DNA of 64,000 nucleotides, from NCBI GenBank assembly GCA_049860595.1, contig CP187551.1; one strand, given 5' to 3'. The notes under the pieces were generated by a model, which saw nothing but the letters and a program-made list of their open reading frames with translations, did not search any database and was not told where the DNA came from. Shown here piece after piece: positions 31,753 to 41,403 of the stretch. The DNA is from Methanocaldococcus sp. 16A (lineage in GTDB: Archaea; AGJL01; Methanococci; Methanococcales; Methanocaldococcaceae). A program made the position numbers and the translations under genes. Numbering within the stretch: the stretch's first letter is position 1; every line of letters begins with the position of its first letter.

Positions 31753-32673
31753 TTATTTTCTATCTCCATAATATATCTTTAATGCCTCTTCTAAACTCTT
31801 TCCTTCAATAGTTATTGCATATATTGCGTTGCACATCCTTATAGCATCATCTAATGGTTTTTGATGGATATTTCTTCCTGTTGCATTACCCCTTGCTCCA
31901 CTAATATTTATCTGCTCCCAAATCTGCCTTAAGAATTTCTCCGGCTCTATACTTTTTCCTCCAGCACATAAAACTCCTGTTCTCCCTGCAGCTAAAACTG
32001 CCTCTTTAAATCTCTCTGCTGGATTATCACACTTTGGATAATTAACTTTAACAAAATCAGCACCTAAGCATGCTGCAACTCCTGCAGCTCCAGCAATTAA
32101 ATGAGGGTCTTTTTCATCTTTAACATTCTTACCCCTTGGATAACTCCAAATTATTGCAATTAATCCATGCCTATGAGCTTCTAATATAACTTTAGATGCC
32201 TCTTCAAACATAATATGTTCATATTCACTTCCTGGATATATAGTGTAGCCAACTCCTAATATATTTAGCCCAGAGTTTTCTTTAAACTCAACAACATCTC
32301 TAACCGTTACTAACGCTCTGCTTATAGGGTCTCTACTTTTTACTAAATGTGTCTTTGAATTAATCTTTACAATATAAGGAATCTTTTTATAATCCATTCC
32401 ATATCTTGCTATTAAACCAAGTTGGGTGGCAAAAGCACAAATCTTTCCCTTACTTGCTATATTAAATAAATGCTCAGGAGTTGCATCTTCTTTAGCAATA
32501 TTTTCCCCAAAGAAGTCATCATTTAAATGCTCCATCTTTTGGTCTCCAGCAAATAACATAACATTTCCTGTCTTTTTTGTTAGTTCTAAATAGTTGCTAA
32601 TATACTCTTTTTTAACGGTTTCTGGAACAGTTAATGGAATTTTTACATCTCTCTTTCTAAGTTTTTTTACCAT
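31753..32673 (-). CDS. DhnA-type class I aldolase (MJ1585-like)
   Basis: FAGDQK, WSYPRG, GADFVKVNYP Schiff-base Lys, AGG, GRNIHQ. Confidence 0.85.
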   Translation of the reverse strand: MVKKLRKRDVKIPLTVPETVKKEYISNYLELTKKTGNVMLFAGDQKMEHLNDDFFGENIAKEDATPEHLFNIASKGKICAFATQLGLIARYGMDYKKIPYIVKINSKTHLVKSRDPISRALVTVRDVVEFKENSGLNILGVGYTIYPGSEYEHIMFEEASKVILEAHRHGLIAIIWSYPRGKNVKDEKDPHLIAGAAGVAACLGADFVKVNYPKCDNPAERFKEAVLAAGRTGVLCAGGKSIEPEKFLRQIWEQINISGARGNATGRNIHQKPLDDAIRMCNAIYAITIEGKSLEEALKIYYGDRK

Positions 32674-32760
32674 AAAAACCCCCACAATTAATATATGTAT
32701 TATACCAAAATAGTATATTATTAACAACATCCTATTAATAAATTCCTGTTGGGGGAAAGT

Positions 32761-34197
32761 ATGGAACTATTTGAGACACTAAAGAAAAAAATTCCTAAAA
32801 AAGAAGTTATAACACCTGAAGAAATGGCAATTATTGATGATAATGCAGAATATTTAGGAATTCCAAAAATATTGCTAATGGAAAATGCTGGAAAGGCTGT
32901 TTATGAAGAAATTAAAGATATTGACGCTGAGGAGTATGTTATATTCTGTGGAACTGGAAATAACGGGGGAGATGGGTTTGTTGTGGCAAGGCATTTGGGA
33001 AGAGGGGAAGTTATATTAATAGGAAAAGAATCAGAGATAAAAACTTATGAAGCAAGAGAAAACTTTAAAATACTAAAAAATTTGGCTGAGTTTGGAAATA
33101 TTAATATTAGAGAAATTAAAAGGGCTGAGGAAGTTGAAGATATATTTGAAAGATTAAAGGATAAAAAGGCTGTTATTGTGGATGCGATGATTGGAACTGG
33201 AGTTAAAGGAGAGCTGAGAGAGCCGTTTAAAACAATTGTTGATAAAATTAACGAATTAAAAAAAATAAACAAAGATATTTTCGTTGTTAGTGTAGATGTT
33301 GAAACTGGAAACTTAGAGAGTGATTTAACCATAACTTTCCACAAAAGAAAGACGATAAATAAAGATAATTCCATTGTAAAAGAGATTGGTATTCCAAAAG
33401 AGGCTGAGTATATAGTCGGCTGGGGAGATTTAAAAGCTTTAAAAAGAAGAGATAAGAATAGTCATAAAGGGCAGAATGGAAAAGTTTTAATTATTGGAGG
33501 TAGTAGAGATTTCTTTGGGGCTCCAATATTAGCTGGCTTAGCGGCATTAAAAATTGCTGATTTGGTTGGAATTTTATCAGTTGATAAAGTTATAGACAAG
33601 CTAAATCATCCAGAGTTTATTTTATATAGAGTTGAAGGAGATTATTTAAGCTCTCAACATGTTGATTATGCTTTAAATATAGCTAAAAAGTATGATGTTG
33701 TTATTTTGGGTAATGGTTTATCAGCTAACAATAGAACTAAAGCATTTGTAAATGAATTCCTATCAAAATATGATAAAAAGGTTGTAATTGATGCTGACGC
33801 AATTAAAGTTATTGATTACAGCAACTTTGTATTTAAGGAGAATTATATCTTCACTCCACATAAAAAAGAGTTTGAATACATGAATATTGACTTAGATAAT
33901 ATTGAAGAAATAAAATCAACAATTGTGTTAAAGGGAAGATATGATATAATATTTAACGCCGATAATTTAAAAATAAATAAAACTGGAAATGCTGGTTTAA
34001 CAAAGGGGGGAACTGGAGATGTCTTAGCTGGTTTAATTGGAGCGTTGTTTGCTGTTAATGAACCATTTATTTCAGCATGCTGTGGGGCTTTTATTAATGG
34101 CTATGCTGGAGATTTGTTATTGAAAGAGAAAGGTTATTACTATACTCCCCTTGATTTAATTGAGAAAATCCCTAATGTCTTAAAAATCTTTAAATAG
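32761..34197 (+). CDS. nnr: Bifunctional NAD(P)H-hydrate epimerase/dehydratase
   Basis: LMENAG, GNNGGDG, HKGQNG, DADA, TPHKKE, GGTGDVLAG. Confidence 0.9.
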   Translation: MELFETLKKKIPKKEVITPEEMAIIDDNAEYLGIPKILLMENAGKAVYEEIKDIDAEEYVIFCGTGNNGGDGFVVARHLGRGEVILIGKESEIKTYEARENFKILKNLAEFGNINIREIKRAEEVEDIFERLKDKKAVIVDAMIGTGVKGELREPFKTIVDKINELKKINKDIFVVSVDVETGNLESDLTITFHKRKTINKDNSIVKEIGIPKEAEYIVGWGDLKALKRRDKNSHKGQNGKVLIIGGSRDFFGAPILAGLAALKIADLVGILSVDKVIDKLNHPEFILYRVEGDYLSSQHVDYALNIAKKYDVVILGNGLSANNRTKAFVNEFLSKYDKKVVIDADAIKVIDYSNFVFKENYIFTPHKKEFEYMNIDLDNIEEIKSTIVLKGRYDIIFNADNLKINKTGNAGLTKGGTGDVLAGLIGALFAVNEPFISACCGAFINGYAGDLLLKEKGYYYTPLDLIEKIPNVLKIFK

Positions 34198-34205
34198 GAG
34201 GGATT

Positions 34206-35075
34206 ATGAAGGCGGATTTGCATATACACACAAAATATTCAGGAATTTGTAGATTTTGGAAACTTAAATTTCCCGACTCTGTTGAAGAGCCGAGAAATAT
34301 ATTAAAAGTTGCTAAGAAAAGAGGTATTGAAATTATAGCAATAACAGACCACAATACAATTAGGGGAGGAGTGGAAACAAAAAAATTAGAGAAAGAGTTT
34401 GGAGTAGAGGTTATTGTAGGAAGCGAAATTATGACTACTGAGGGGGAAATTATAGGATTATTTTTAAATGAGGATATACCAAAATATTTAACTCCTGAGG
34501 AGACAATAGAAAGAATTAAAGAACAAGGAGGTTTAGCTATAGCCCCACATCCATATAGCCCAATATGTAAAGCCCTTGGGGATAGAATATTTGATTTAGA
34601 TTTAGATGGAGTTGAGGTTTTTAATGCCTATCATAGAGATGGAATTGTAAATAATATAGCTTTAAATAAGGTTATAAAAAATTATTACAAAAAGCCATTT
34701 GCATTTATTGGTAGTAGTGATGCCCATATATCAAAAATGGTTGGTAATGCATACACCCTATTTGAAGGTAATTCAGCTGATGATTTATATAAAGCAATAA
34801 TTAAAAAAAGAACAACTTTTGGAGGAAAACCTACTCCTTTATATCAAGCCATATTATGGAGTTATGATATTGTTTATGAGTCAGAGAAAATGTTAATAAA
34901 ATCTTTAATATTTAAGATAGATGATGACACTATAGATTCAATAAAATTTCATAAAAAGATTTTAGGAGTTTTTGGAGGATTTATCTATATGTTTACACCT
35001 CTTCCAATAGTTTCAGGATTTTTAGGGAATTATTATCTTAAAAAGAAAGCAAAAGAAAAAATGAAAGAAATATAA
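34206..35075 (+). CDS. PHP-domain metal-dependent phosphoesterase
   Basis: DLHIHT, ITDHN, APHP, SSDAH. Confidence 0.88.
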   Translation: MKADLHIHTKYSGICRFWKLKFPDSVEEPRNILKVAKKRGIEIIAITDHNTIRGGVETKKLEKEFGVEVIVGSEIMTTEGEIIGLFLNEDIPKYLTPEETIERIKEQGGLAIAPHPYSPICKALGDRIFDLDLDGVEVFNAYHRDGIVNNIALNKVIKNYYKKPFAFIGSSDAHISKMVGNAYTLFEGNSADDLYKAIIKKRTTFGGKPTPLYQAILWSYDIVYESEKMLIKSLIFKIDDDTIDSIKFHKKILGVFGGFIYMFTPLPIVSGFLGNYYLKKKAKEKMKEI

Positions 35076-35099
35076 AATGTAATTTATAGTTTGAGAACA

Positions 35100-35305
35100 T
35101 GATGATGGGGTCTGTCCAACATGTATAGCTTAACATCTATATTGGACTTGGGCGTCATCAACATCGCCTCCCTCTGGGTTCATTGGGAGGCTCTTCATCA
35201 GTCTCTGCCCCTGTCGAGGGGACCCCAACTCCTCCCATTACTTAAATTCGATAATAACTGCCCCTCTTGGGACTTCATTTTCTCCCGCATCTGGGGCAGT
35301 TATAA
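35100..35305 (-). ncRNA. Candidate structured non-coding RNA with K-loop
   Basis: GC-rich island in AT-rich DNA; multiple perfect stems; K-loop GCCUCCC-AAU-GA-ACCCA-GA-GGGAGGC on the minus strand; TTTATATA box at 35336-35329. Confidence 0.65.
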
Positions 35306-35366
35306 CTTCTATTTCTTATATATGGATATATATAAACCTTTTGGTAATGAAAATCCATTAATCCAT

Positions 35367-36263
35367 ATGCTTATTGATGGACAGTTTCAAATGGCATTGC
35401 AGATATTTATAAAGATACTACCAATAATGTTTTTTGGAATTCTTTTAGCAAATCTTATGTGCCATCTAAATATTTTATACAAACTTCAAAAATATATAAA
35501 AAATAAATACTTCCCAATAATTGCTGTCTTTTTTGTTAGCTCAACATCAGGTAGTTTTTTATTAAAAAATTTATTAAATAAGGGAGCAATTTCAGAAGAA
35601 AATCTTTTGCCAATCTACTTTTTAGGGATGTTTGTATTTGGAATCCACATAATTTTATTTTATGCCATACCAATGGCTACAAGTTTGGGTTGGTATGTTG
35701 GAGGCAGCTATGTGCTAATAAAATTTTTAGTAACATGCAATTATTTGATTATAAGTGTTTTAATGCTTAAAAAAAGGAAATATGATATTGATATTGAATT
35801 TAAATCAAAATCAGAAGGTTTATATGGAGCTATAAGAGATACATTTAAGCAGTATTTTAGAGTTTTAACTTCGTTTGTCCCATCAGTTTTGATAATAACC
35901 TATCTGATAGAGCATGGTCTATTGGATGTTGTTGAAAATTTTGCAGGTTCTTTATTAAATGCCTTAAATTTATCCCCTACTATTTTAGTAATAGTGCTTA
36001 CAGGGTTAGCTACAATTTCAGGGGCTATAGGTATTGCATCTGGACTTTTAGATGAAAATATATTATCCCCAAATGAAGTTCTCTTTTCATTATTTCTTGC
36101 GGAATTTTTGAATAGGATAGTACTTTATTTGAGAAAGTATTTACCAATACAGCTCTCAATATTTGGAAAAATTGGGGCAAAGTTAGCTACTTTGCATTTA
36201 ATTGTTTATGAGGTATCTTTTTTAATTGTAATGGTTATTTGGTATCTCTTTTTTATTCTATAA
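35367..36263 (+). CDS. Polytopic membrane protein (nucleoside-recognition/Gate-like)
   Basis: Hydrophobic helices begin at Met 35367; the ORF-track extension to 35121 runs through the ncRNA and is probably spurious. Confidence 0.7.
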   Translation: MLIDGQFQMALQIFIKILPIMFFGILLANLMCHLNILYKLQKYIKNKYFPIIAVFFVSSTSGSFLLKNLLNKGAISEENLLPIYFLGMFVFGIHIILFYAIPMATSLGWYVGGSYVLIKFLVTCNYLIISVLMLKKRKYDIDIEFKSKSEGLYGAIRDTFKQYFRVLTSFVPSVLIITYLIEHGLLDVVENFAGSLLNALNLSPTILVIVLTGLATISGAIGIASGLLDENILSPNEVLFSLFLAEFLNRIVLYLRKYLPIQLSIFGKIGAKLATLHLIVYEVSFLIVMVIWYLFFIL

Positions 36264-36304
36264 TGTTAAGAATTTAGTTTTAAAATTTATTTTTAAACAT
36301 CCCA

Positions 36305-36319
36305 ATTAATTTTTCTAAT
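36305..36319. promoter_or_regulatory. Candidate operator ATTAAT-TTT-TCTAAT upstream of the yedE pair (weaker copies at 36332 and 36362)
   Basis: Exact reverse complement of the copy at 48733-48747. Confidence 0.5.
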
Positions 36320-36430
36320 AACCAAATATCCATTAGATTTTTTTACAAAAAATTTTTTATAATTAGAAATTTTAAATAAACCATAGCATCTTCTAAATAC
36401 CATATTAAAAAACCTAAAGATGGTGAGGAA

Positions 36431-36889
36431 ATGAGAATTTCCCCATTAACAGCAGGGTTGATAGGAGGTTTTACAGCAGCAATGTTGCAAGCATTGTTTA
36501 AAGTGTTTCCACCTCCAGCTTATGGTATCTGTATAGCATGTCACACAAGAGATTTAGTAAATTGGATTGTCAATCACTTATTTGGAACTTCATTAGGTTT
36601 AGCTCCTGTATCAAAAGTTTTTCCTGTTTTAACTGTTGTAGGTATCTTTATTGGGGCTTTAATAGCCGCATTTGTTCATAAAGAGTTTAAAATAAAACAA
36701 ACCCACAACCCAGCTATTGGTTTTATTTTAGGAATTTTGGTTATTAATTTTGCCCTATTAATGGGAGGTTGTCCTGTTAGAGAGACTTTAAGAACAGCTT
36801 ATGGAGATATTATAGCGTTGATTAGTTTAATAGCTATGTTTGCTGGGGTAGTTGTAGCTAGTGAGGTTTACTTAAAAAGAAACCTCTAA
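36431..36889 (+). CDS. YeeE/YedE sulfur-selenium transporter, N-terminal half
   Basis: YGICIACHTRD and MGGCP motifs, TM helices. Confidence 0.8.
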   Translation: MRISPLTAGLIGGFTAAMLQALFKVFPPPAYGICIACHTRDLVNWIVNHLFGTSLGLAPVSKVFPVLTVVGIFIGALIAAFVHKEFKIKQTHNPAIGFILGILVINFALLMGGCPVRETLRTAYGDIIALISLIAMFAGVVVASEVYLKRNL

Positions 36890-36908
36890 AAATGTTTAGG
36901 GTGGTTTT

Positions 36909-37382
36909 ATGGAATATCTTCACGTAATTGGAACATTTGTATTTGGAATAATTTTAGGTTATTTATTCCAGAGAGCAAGAATGTGTTTTGTTGGAGGAAT
37001 GAGAGATTTCTATTTAATAAAAGATACATGGTTAATCAAAGGTTTATTTGGGTTCTTTGCTGGAGCATTAATTGGATATATTATATTTAGTGCTGCTGGA
37101 TTAATTTCAGCATTTCCATGGTTTGTTGATAAAGGATTATCCCCAATACCAGGAGACCCATTGGGCGCAAGTGGAACTTTAATGGGGCATTTAATAGTGG
37201 CTATTATTGGTGGATTTGGAGTAGGATTTTTCTCAGTTATTCAAGGAGGTTGCCCATTAAGAAACTACGTTATGGCTGCTGAAGGGAATAAAACAGCTAT
37301 TGCCTACGTGTTTGGATTAGCCGTTGGAGCAGTTATATTCCATAAGTTTGTAGCTCCATTAGTAAAAGCAATATTAATTTAA
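36909..37382 (+). CDS. YeeE/YedE sulfur-selenium transporter, C-terminal half
   Basis: QRARMCFVGGMRD and GGCPLR motifs. Confidence 0.82.
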   Translation: MEYLHVIGTFVFGIILGYLFQRARMCFVGGMRDFYLIKDTWLIKGLFGFFAGALIGYIIFSAAGLISAFPWFVDKGLSPIPGDPLGASGTLMGHLIVAIIGGFGVGFFSVIQGGCPLRNYVMAAEGNKTAIAYVFGLAVGAVIFHKFVAPLVKAILI

Positions 37383-37415
37383 AAATTTAAATCTCTTTTT
37401 TTCTTTTGTGAGAGT

Positions 37416-37886
37416 ATGAAAGGAAAAAAGATAGCTATTGTTTCTCACTGCATATTAAATCAAAATAGTGTTGTTAATGGTTTAGAGAGAGCTGAAGGGG
37501 CTTTTAATGAGGTTGTTGAAATTCTTTTAAAGAATAATTATGCTATAATCCAATTACCATGTCCAGAGTTGCTATATTTAGGAATTAATAGAGAAGGAAA
37601 AACAAAAGAGGAATATGACACAAAAGAATATAGAAAACTATGCAGAGAACTTTTAAAGCCGATAATTAAATATCTGCAAGAATATACAAAAGATGACTTC
37701 AAATTTATTTTAATTGGAATAGAAAACTCTCCAACATGTGATATTTTTAAAAATAGAGGAATCTTAATGGAAGAACTTTTAAAAGAGATTGAGATATTAG
37801 ACATTGATGTTGAGATAATTGCATATCCAAAAAATGAAGAAGATTATGAAGAATTTATAAAAAATTTAAAGAAGATGATAGAATGA
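37416..37886 (+). CDS. TudS/DUF523-related putative desulfidase (CD3072-like)
   Basis: HCILNQNS, QLPCPE, SPTC, GILME. Confidence 0.72.
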   Translation: MKGKKIAIVSHCILNQNSVVNGLERAEGAFNEVVEILLKNNYAIIQLPCPELLYLGINREGKTKEEYDTKEYRKLCRELLKPIIKYLQEYTKDDFKFILIGIENSPTCDIFKNRGILMEELLKEIEILDIDVEIIAYPKNEEDYEEFIKNLKKMIE

Positions 37887-38614
37887 TTTTGGGAATAGAT
37901 GTTGGCTCTACAACAACAAAAATGGTTTTAATAGAAGATGAGAGAATAGTTTGGTATAAAATAGAGGATATTGGAGTTGTTATTGAAGAAGATATTTTAT
38001 TAAAAATGGTTAAAGAAATTGAGCAGAAATATTCAATAGATAAAATTATAGCAACTGGATATGGAAGGCATAAGATTAGTTTTGCAGATAAAGTAGTTCC
38101 AGAAGTTATTGCTTTAGGAAAAGGAGCTAATTATTTCTTTAATGATGCGGATGGAGTTGTAGATATTGGAGGACAGGATACAAAGGTTTTAAAAATTAAT
38201 AAAGATGGAAAAGTTATTGATTTTATCCTATCAGATAAATGTGCCGCTGGAACTGGAAAATTCTTAGAAAAATCTTTAGATATTTTAAAAATTAATAAAA
38301 ATGAAGTAAATAAATATAAATCAGATAATGTTGCTAAAATATCATCAATGTGTGCAGTTTTTGCTGAAAGTGAAATAATAAGCTTACTGTCTAAAAAAAT
38401 TCCAAAAGAAGAGATTTTAATGGGAGTTTATGATAGTATAATAAATAGAGTTATTCCAATGATAAACAAGCTTAAAATACATAATATAGTATTTAGTGGT
38501 GGAGTCGCTAAAAATAAAGTTTTCGTTGATATGTTTGAAAAAAAGTTAAATAAAAAGCTTTTAATTCCAGAAGAACCGCAAATTGTTTGCTGCGTTGGAG
38601 CCATATTAGTGTAA
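37883..38614 (+). CDS. ASKHA [4Fe-4S] ATPase activator (HgdC/DCCP-reductase type)
   Basis: GIDVGSTTTK, ATGYGR, DIGGQDTK, KCAAGTGKFLE, SMCAVFAESE. Confidence 0.88.
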   Translation: MILGIDVGSTTTKMVLIEDERIVWYKIEDIGVVIEEDILLKMVKEIEQKYSIDKIIATGYGRHKISFADKVVPEVIALGKGANYFFNDADGVVDIGGQDTKVLKINKDGKVIDFILSDKCAAGTGKFLEKSLDILKINKNEVNKYKSDNVAKISSMCAVFAESEIISLLSKKIPKEEILMGVYDSIINRVIPMINKLKIHNIVFSGGVAKNKVFVDMFEKKLNKKLLIPEEPQIVCCVGAILV

Positions 38615-38625
38615 ATTTAATATTA

Positions 38626-39765
38626 TTATTTTTCACTTAAGAATAACGGTGGCAAGCTATCATCAACACCTGGAACATAACCAAAGGTATCTCTAATCTT
38701 CAACTGCATTCTGTGGAATATATAAGCTAAAGGGATATCCATTGGGCAGACATCTTCGCATTGCCCACAATTTATACAGCTTTGAGATATATGGCTCAAT
38801 CTAATCCCCTGGAACATTAAAGGATTTGGCGGGATTTTTCCTTTTTCATCAATATAATCTTTCTCTAATCTACATTCAACACAGAAGCAGAGTGGGCAGT
38901 TGTCTCTACAACCATAACACTTTATACACCTATTCCAATATTTCTGCCACTCTTTAAGATTTGGATATTCATCTTCCAAATGTATTTTTTGGAATTTTTT
39001 AGCCAACTTTATCATGACATTCTCTATTTTCTCTCTAATTTGAATTGCCTTTTCTGAAGGTTCTTTAATTTTGATATAGCCTTCTTTTTCAGCATCCTCA
39101 ACTAATTTTTTTCCTTTTTCTGAACAGATTTCAACAAACGTCCAGCCCTTTTCAGCTCCCCAATTTCCACAAGCTAAATCAGCCATTCTTGGAACCATAA
39201 CTTCACATCTTTGGCAGTTCTTCCTTCTACCAAAACCTTTTTCTTCTAACTCATCTATTTTGATAGCTTTATGTTCTCCATTTTTTAATTCAATAATAAA
39301 CTTCCCCTTATCTATTTCTTCCTTAACAACATCTAATGGATTAACTTCATAAAATAGCTCAATCATTTTCATAGCAGTTATTGGACTTATTGTCCCTCCA
39401 CAATTCAAACCAATCATATAGATGTTATCTAAATTTACCTGGTTTAACTTTGCCAACTCTCTAATCGCCATCGCATCACATGGTTTAGTAGAGACAGCAA
39501 TTTTTTTATTACTCAAATATTTGCTAATTATCTTTCCAAAATTTGTTGGTGCACAGTGCAAAGAGCCAGCAGTTTCTATCAATTCATCAGAATTCGTTAT
39601 AAATGCTGGAATTCCATCATAAATATCTTCTCCTCTCTTTAAAGCTAAAACTCCATCAACAAGCTTGTTATCTAATAAATATTTAAATAGGGCTGTTACT
39701 GCCCCTCCACATTCTGCTCTCTTTAAAATTTCATTATCTGTAGCTTGGATTAATGCATATTTCAT
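38626..39765 (-). CDS. fdhB: F420-binding FdhB-type subunit (ElpB-like)
   Basis: [32 protein letters not shown], two ferredoxin motifs. Confidence 0.85.
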   Translation of the reverse strand: MKYALIQATDNEILKRAECGGAVTALFKYLLDNKLVDGVLALKRGEDIYDGIPAFITNSDELIETAGSLHCAPTNFGKIISKYLSNKKIAVSTKPCDAMAIRELAKLNQVNLDNIYMIGLNCGGTISPITAMKMIELFYEVNPLDVVKEEIDKGKFIIELKNGEHKAIKIDELEEKGFGRRKNCQRCEVMVPRMADLACGNWGAEKGWTFVEICSEKGKKLVEDAEKEGYIKIKEPSEKAIQIREKIENVMIKLAKKFQKIHLEDEYPNLKEWQKYWNRCIKCYGCRDNCPLCFCVECRLEKDYIDEKGKIPPNPLMFQGIRLSHISQSCINCGQCEDVCPMDIPLAYIFHRMQLKIRDTFGYVPGVDDSLPPLFLSEK

Positions 39766-40880
39766 AATACCACCTTAGTTATTTCTTTTTGAATGTCTTC
39801 TAATGAATTGAACCCTAAATCAATTCCAAGCTTTTCAGCTAAGCTTTTTATTATAAGATAATCATCCATAGCTTCTCCAGGAGGGTTTACAGCTTTGTTT
39901 ATTTTTTGAATTCTTTTATCAGTGTTTGTAAAGGTTCCCTCTTTCTCAGCCCAACAAGTTGAGGGTAGAACTACATCAGCTAATTCAGCTGTTTCACTCA
40001 TTATAATATCTTGGACAACTAAAAATTCAGTATTTTTTAGTGCATCTTTATCGATTAAAGCTGGATTTTCCCCCATTATGTATAAGAACTTTGAGTTTTT
40101 CAATAACTCAAAATATTCATCTTTATTTAAAGGAGGAATGCCAATAAGTGTTGCCCCTACAGTATTGCAGTGCTTAGCAACTGGCAAAACTTTAGCAATT
40201 TTAGGCATTTTATCAACATCTATTGGTGCATTGATTATAATAATAGTGTTTTCATCAACATTACCTAAATCAATATCCTCATAGCTATCAACCTTTACGA
40301 ACTTGTCGGCATTTAATTTTAGGATATCTTTCTCCTCTATATTGAAAATTGTTACCTTAGCCCCTTTATCCTTTGCCCTAACAACCTTTCTTCCAATTAA
40401 TGCATGTTGCCCAAAAACATCACCAATAATTATGATGTTTTTTGCGTTCTCAATGTCATCAATTGTTGTAGAAATTTCAGCATAATTGGCTTTAGGAGAA
40501 TTGCAGATACAATGCCCAATTTTAGCTTTTAAATTATCAGCCAACTTTTTTAATGCATAGTTGTCTTCATTTGTACATTTTCCAGAGGCAATAAATGTTA
40601 TGTCATCAGCATCATAGCTCTTTAATTTCTCTGCAATAAAGCTTAAAGCTTCATCCCAACTGACTTCAACAAACTTTCCATTCTTTTTAATTAATGGCTT
40701 TTTTAATCTTTTCTCATGGTAGATTATTTTGTAGCTATTTTTTCCATTTAGACAGTTTTTTCCTTCACTTATTGGATGTCTCTTGTATGGATAAGTACCA
40801 ACAACTTTGTTATCTTTGACGATCAAATCAATTCCACACCCAACACTACAAGTTGGGCAAATTGTATGAACAACCTTCAT
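39762..40880 (-). CDS. Truncated FdhA-like protein lacking Mo/W-bisPGD segments (ElpA-like)
   Basis: N-terminal CPTCSVGC...KNC [4Fe-4S]; only 372 aa; GHCICNSP replaces the catalytic loop; no C-terminal dinucleotide-binding domain. Confidence 0.75.
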   Translation of the reverse strand: MKVVHTICPTCSVGCGIDLIVKDNKVVGTYPYKRHPISEGKNCLNGKNSYKIIYHEKRLKKPLIKKNGKFVEVSWDEALSFIAEKLKSYDADDITFIASGKCTNEDNYALKKLADNLKAKIGHCICNSPKANYAEISTTIDDIENAKNIIIIGDVFGQHALIGRKVVRAKDKGAKVTIFNIEEKDILKLNADKFVKVDSYEDIDLGNVDENTIIIINAPIDVDKMPKIAKVLPVAKHCNTVGATLIGIPPLNKDEYFELLKNSKFLYIMGENPALIDKDALKNTEFLVVQDIIMSETAELADVVLPSTCWAEKEGTFTNTDKRIQKINKAVNPPGEAMDDYLIIKSLAEKLGIDLGFNSLEDIQKEITKVVL

Positions 40881-40899
40881 GTTATCACCTTATTATTAT

Positions 40900-41274
40900 T
40901 CATGAGGCAACCTTTTGAGCTGAGATCTCAACAACTGGAATTGTCTTGATTTCAACATGCATTTCCTTTGTGAGATTTATCATGCCTACTAAAATTTGAA
41001 GCAATCTATCCAATATTGATTGTGAGATGTCCTTTGAAATACAGTCAATATTTTCATCGAACTCTACAACTCCCTCAACAATAAACGATATTGAAAGTTC
41101 ATCTATTTTTAAATTGTATACATAACCATATGAGTTGTCACTAATTTTCTTGTATTCAATGTTCCAATCCATATCTAACTCCAACCTCTGATTTTTTGGA
41201 TTTTCTTTTGGTCTTACTAATCTTAGCTTTTCTATGCTTATTTTCATATTCATTATAATCACCGTATTACTCAT
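40900..41274 (-). CDS. Hypothetical protein heading the FdhA/B-like module
   Basis: 124 aa, strong RBS GGAGGTGA, own TTTATATA box near 41307-41300. Confidence 0.7.
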   Translation of the reverse strand: MSNTVIIMNMKISIEKLRLVRPKENPKNQRLELDMDWNIEYKKISDNSYGYVYNLKIDELSISFIVEGVVEFDENIDCISKDISQSILDRLLQILVGMINLTKEMHVEIKTIPVVEISAQKVAS

Positions 41275-41403
41275 ACATTAATATCACCTCCCATTTTTGT
41301 ATATAAAATTTACTACTTAATTCAAATTATTATTACTAAAATAATACAAAATTTTAAAAAGTATTACTCAACTGACAAAAAATTATAATTGGGCATTATT
41401 AAT

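Noticed and set aside
35100-35305. Hammerhead ribozyme, fluoride riboswitch, SECIS or RNase P identity for the GC island
   Set aside because: CUGAUGA is not followed by a stem plus GAAA; no downstream gene on the minus strand; no GAA/A SECIS loop; no RNase P conserved regions recognised.
35121-35366. 82-aa N-terminal extension of the membrane protein in the ORF track
   Set aside because: It runs through the GC-rich structured island with atypical composition; the hydrophobic domain starts at Met 35367.
39762-40880. Calling the short fdhA a pseudogene
   Set aside because: Clean open frame with RBS, overlap with fdhB and precise loss of cofactor segments; this fits a functional truncated family.
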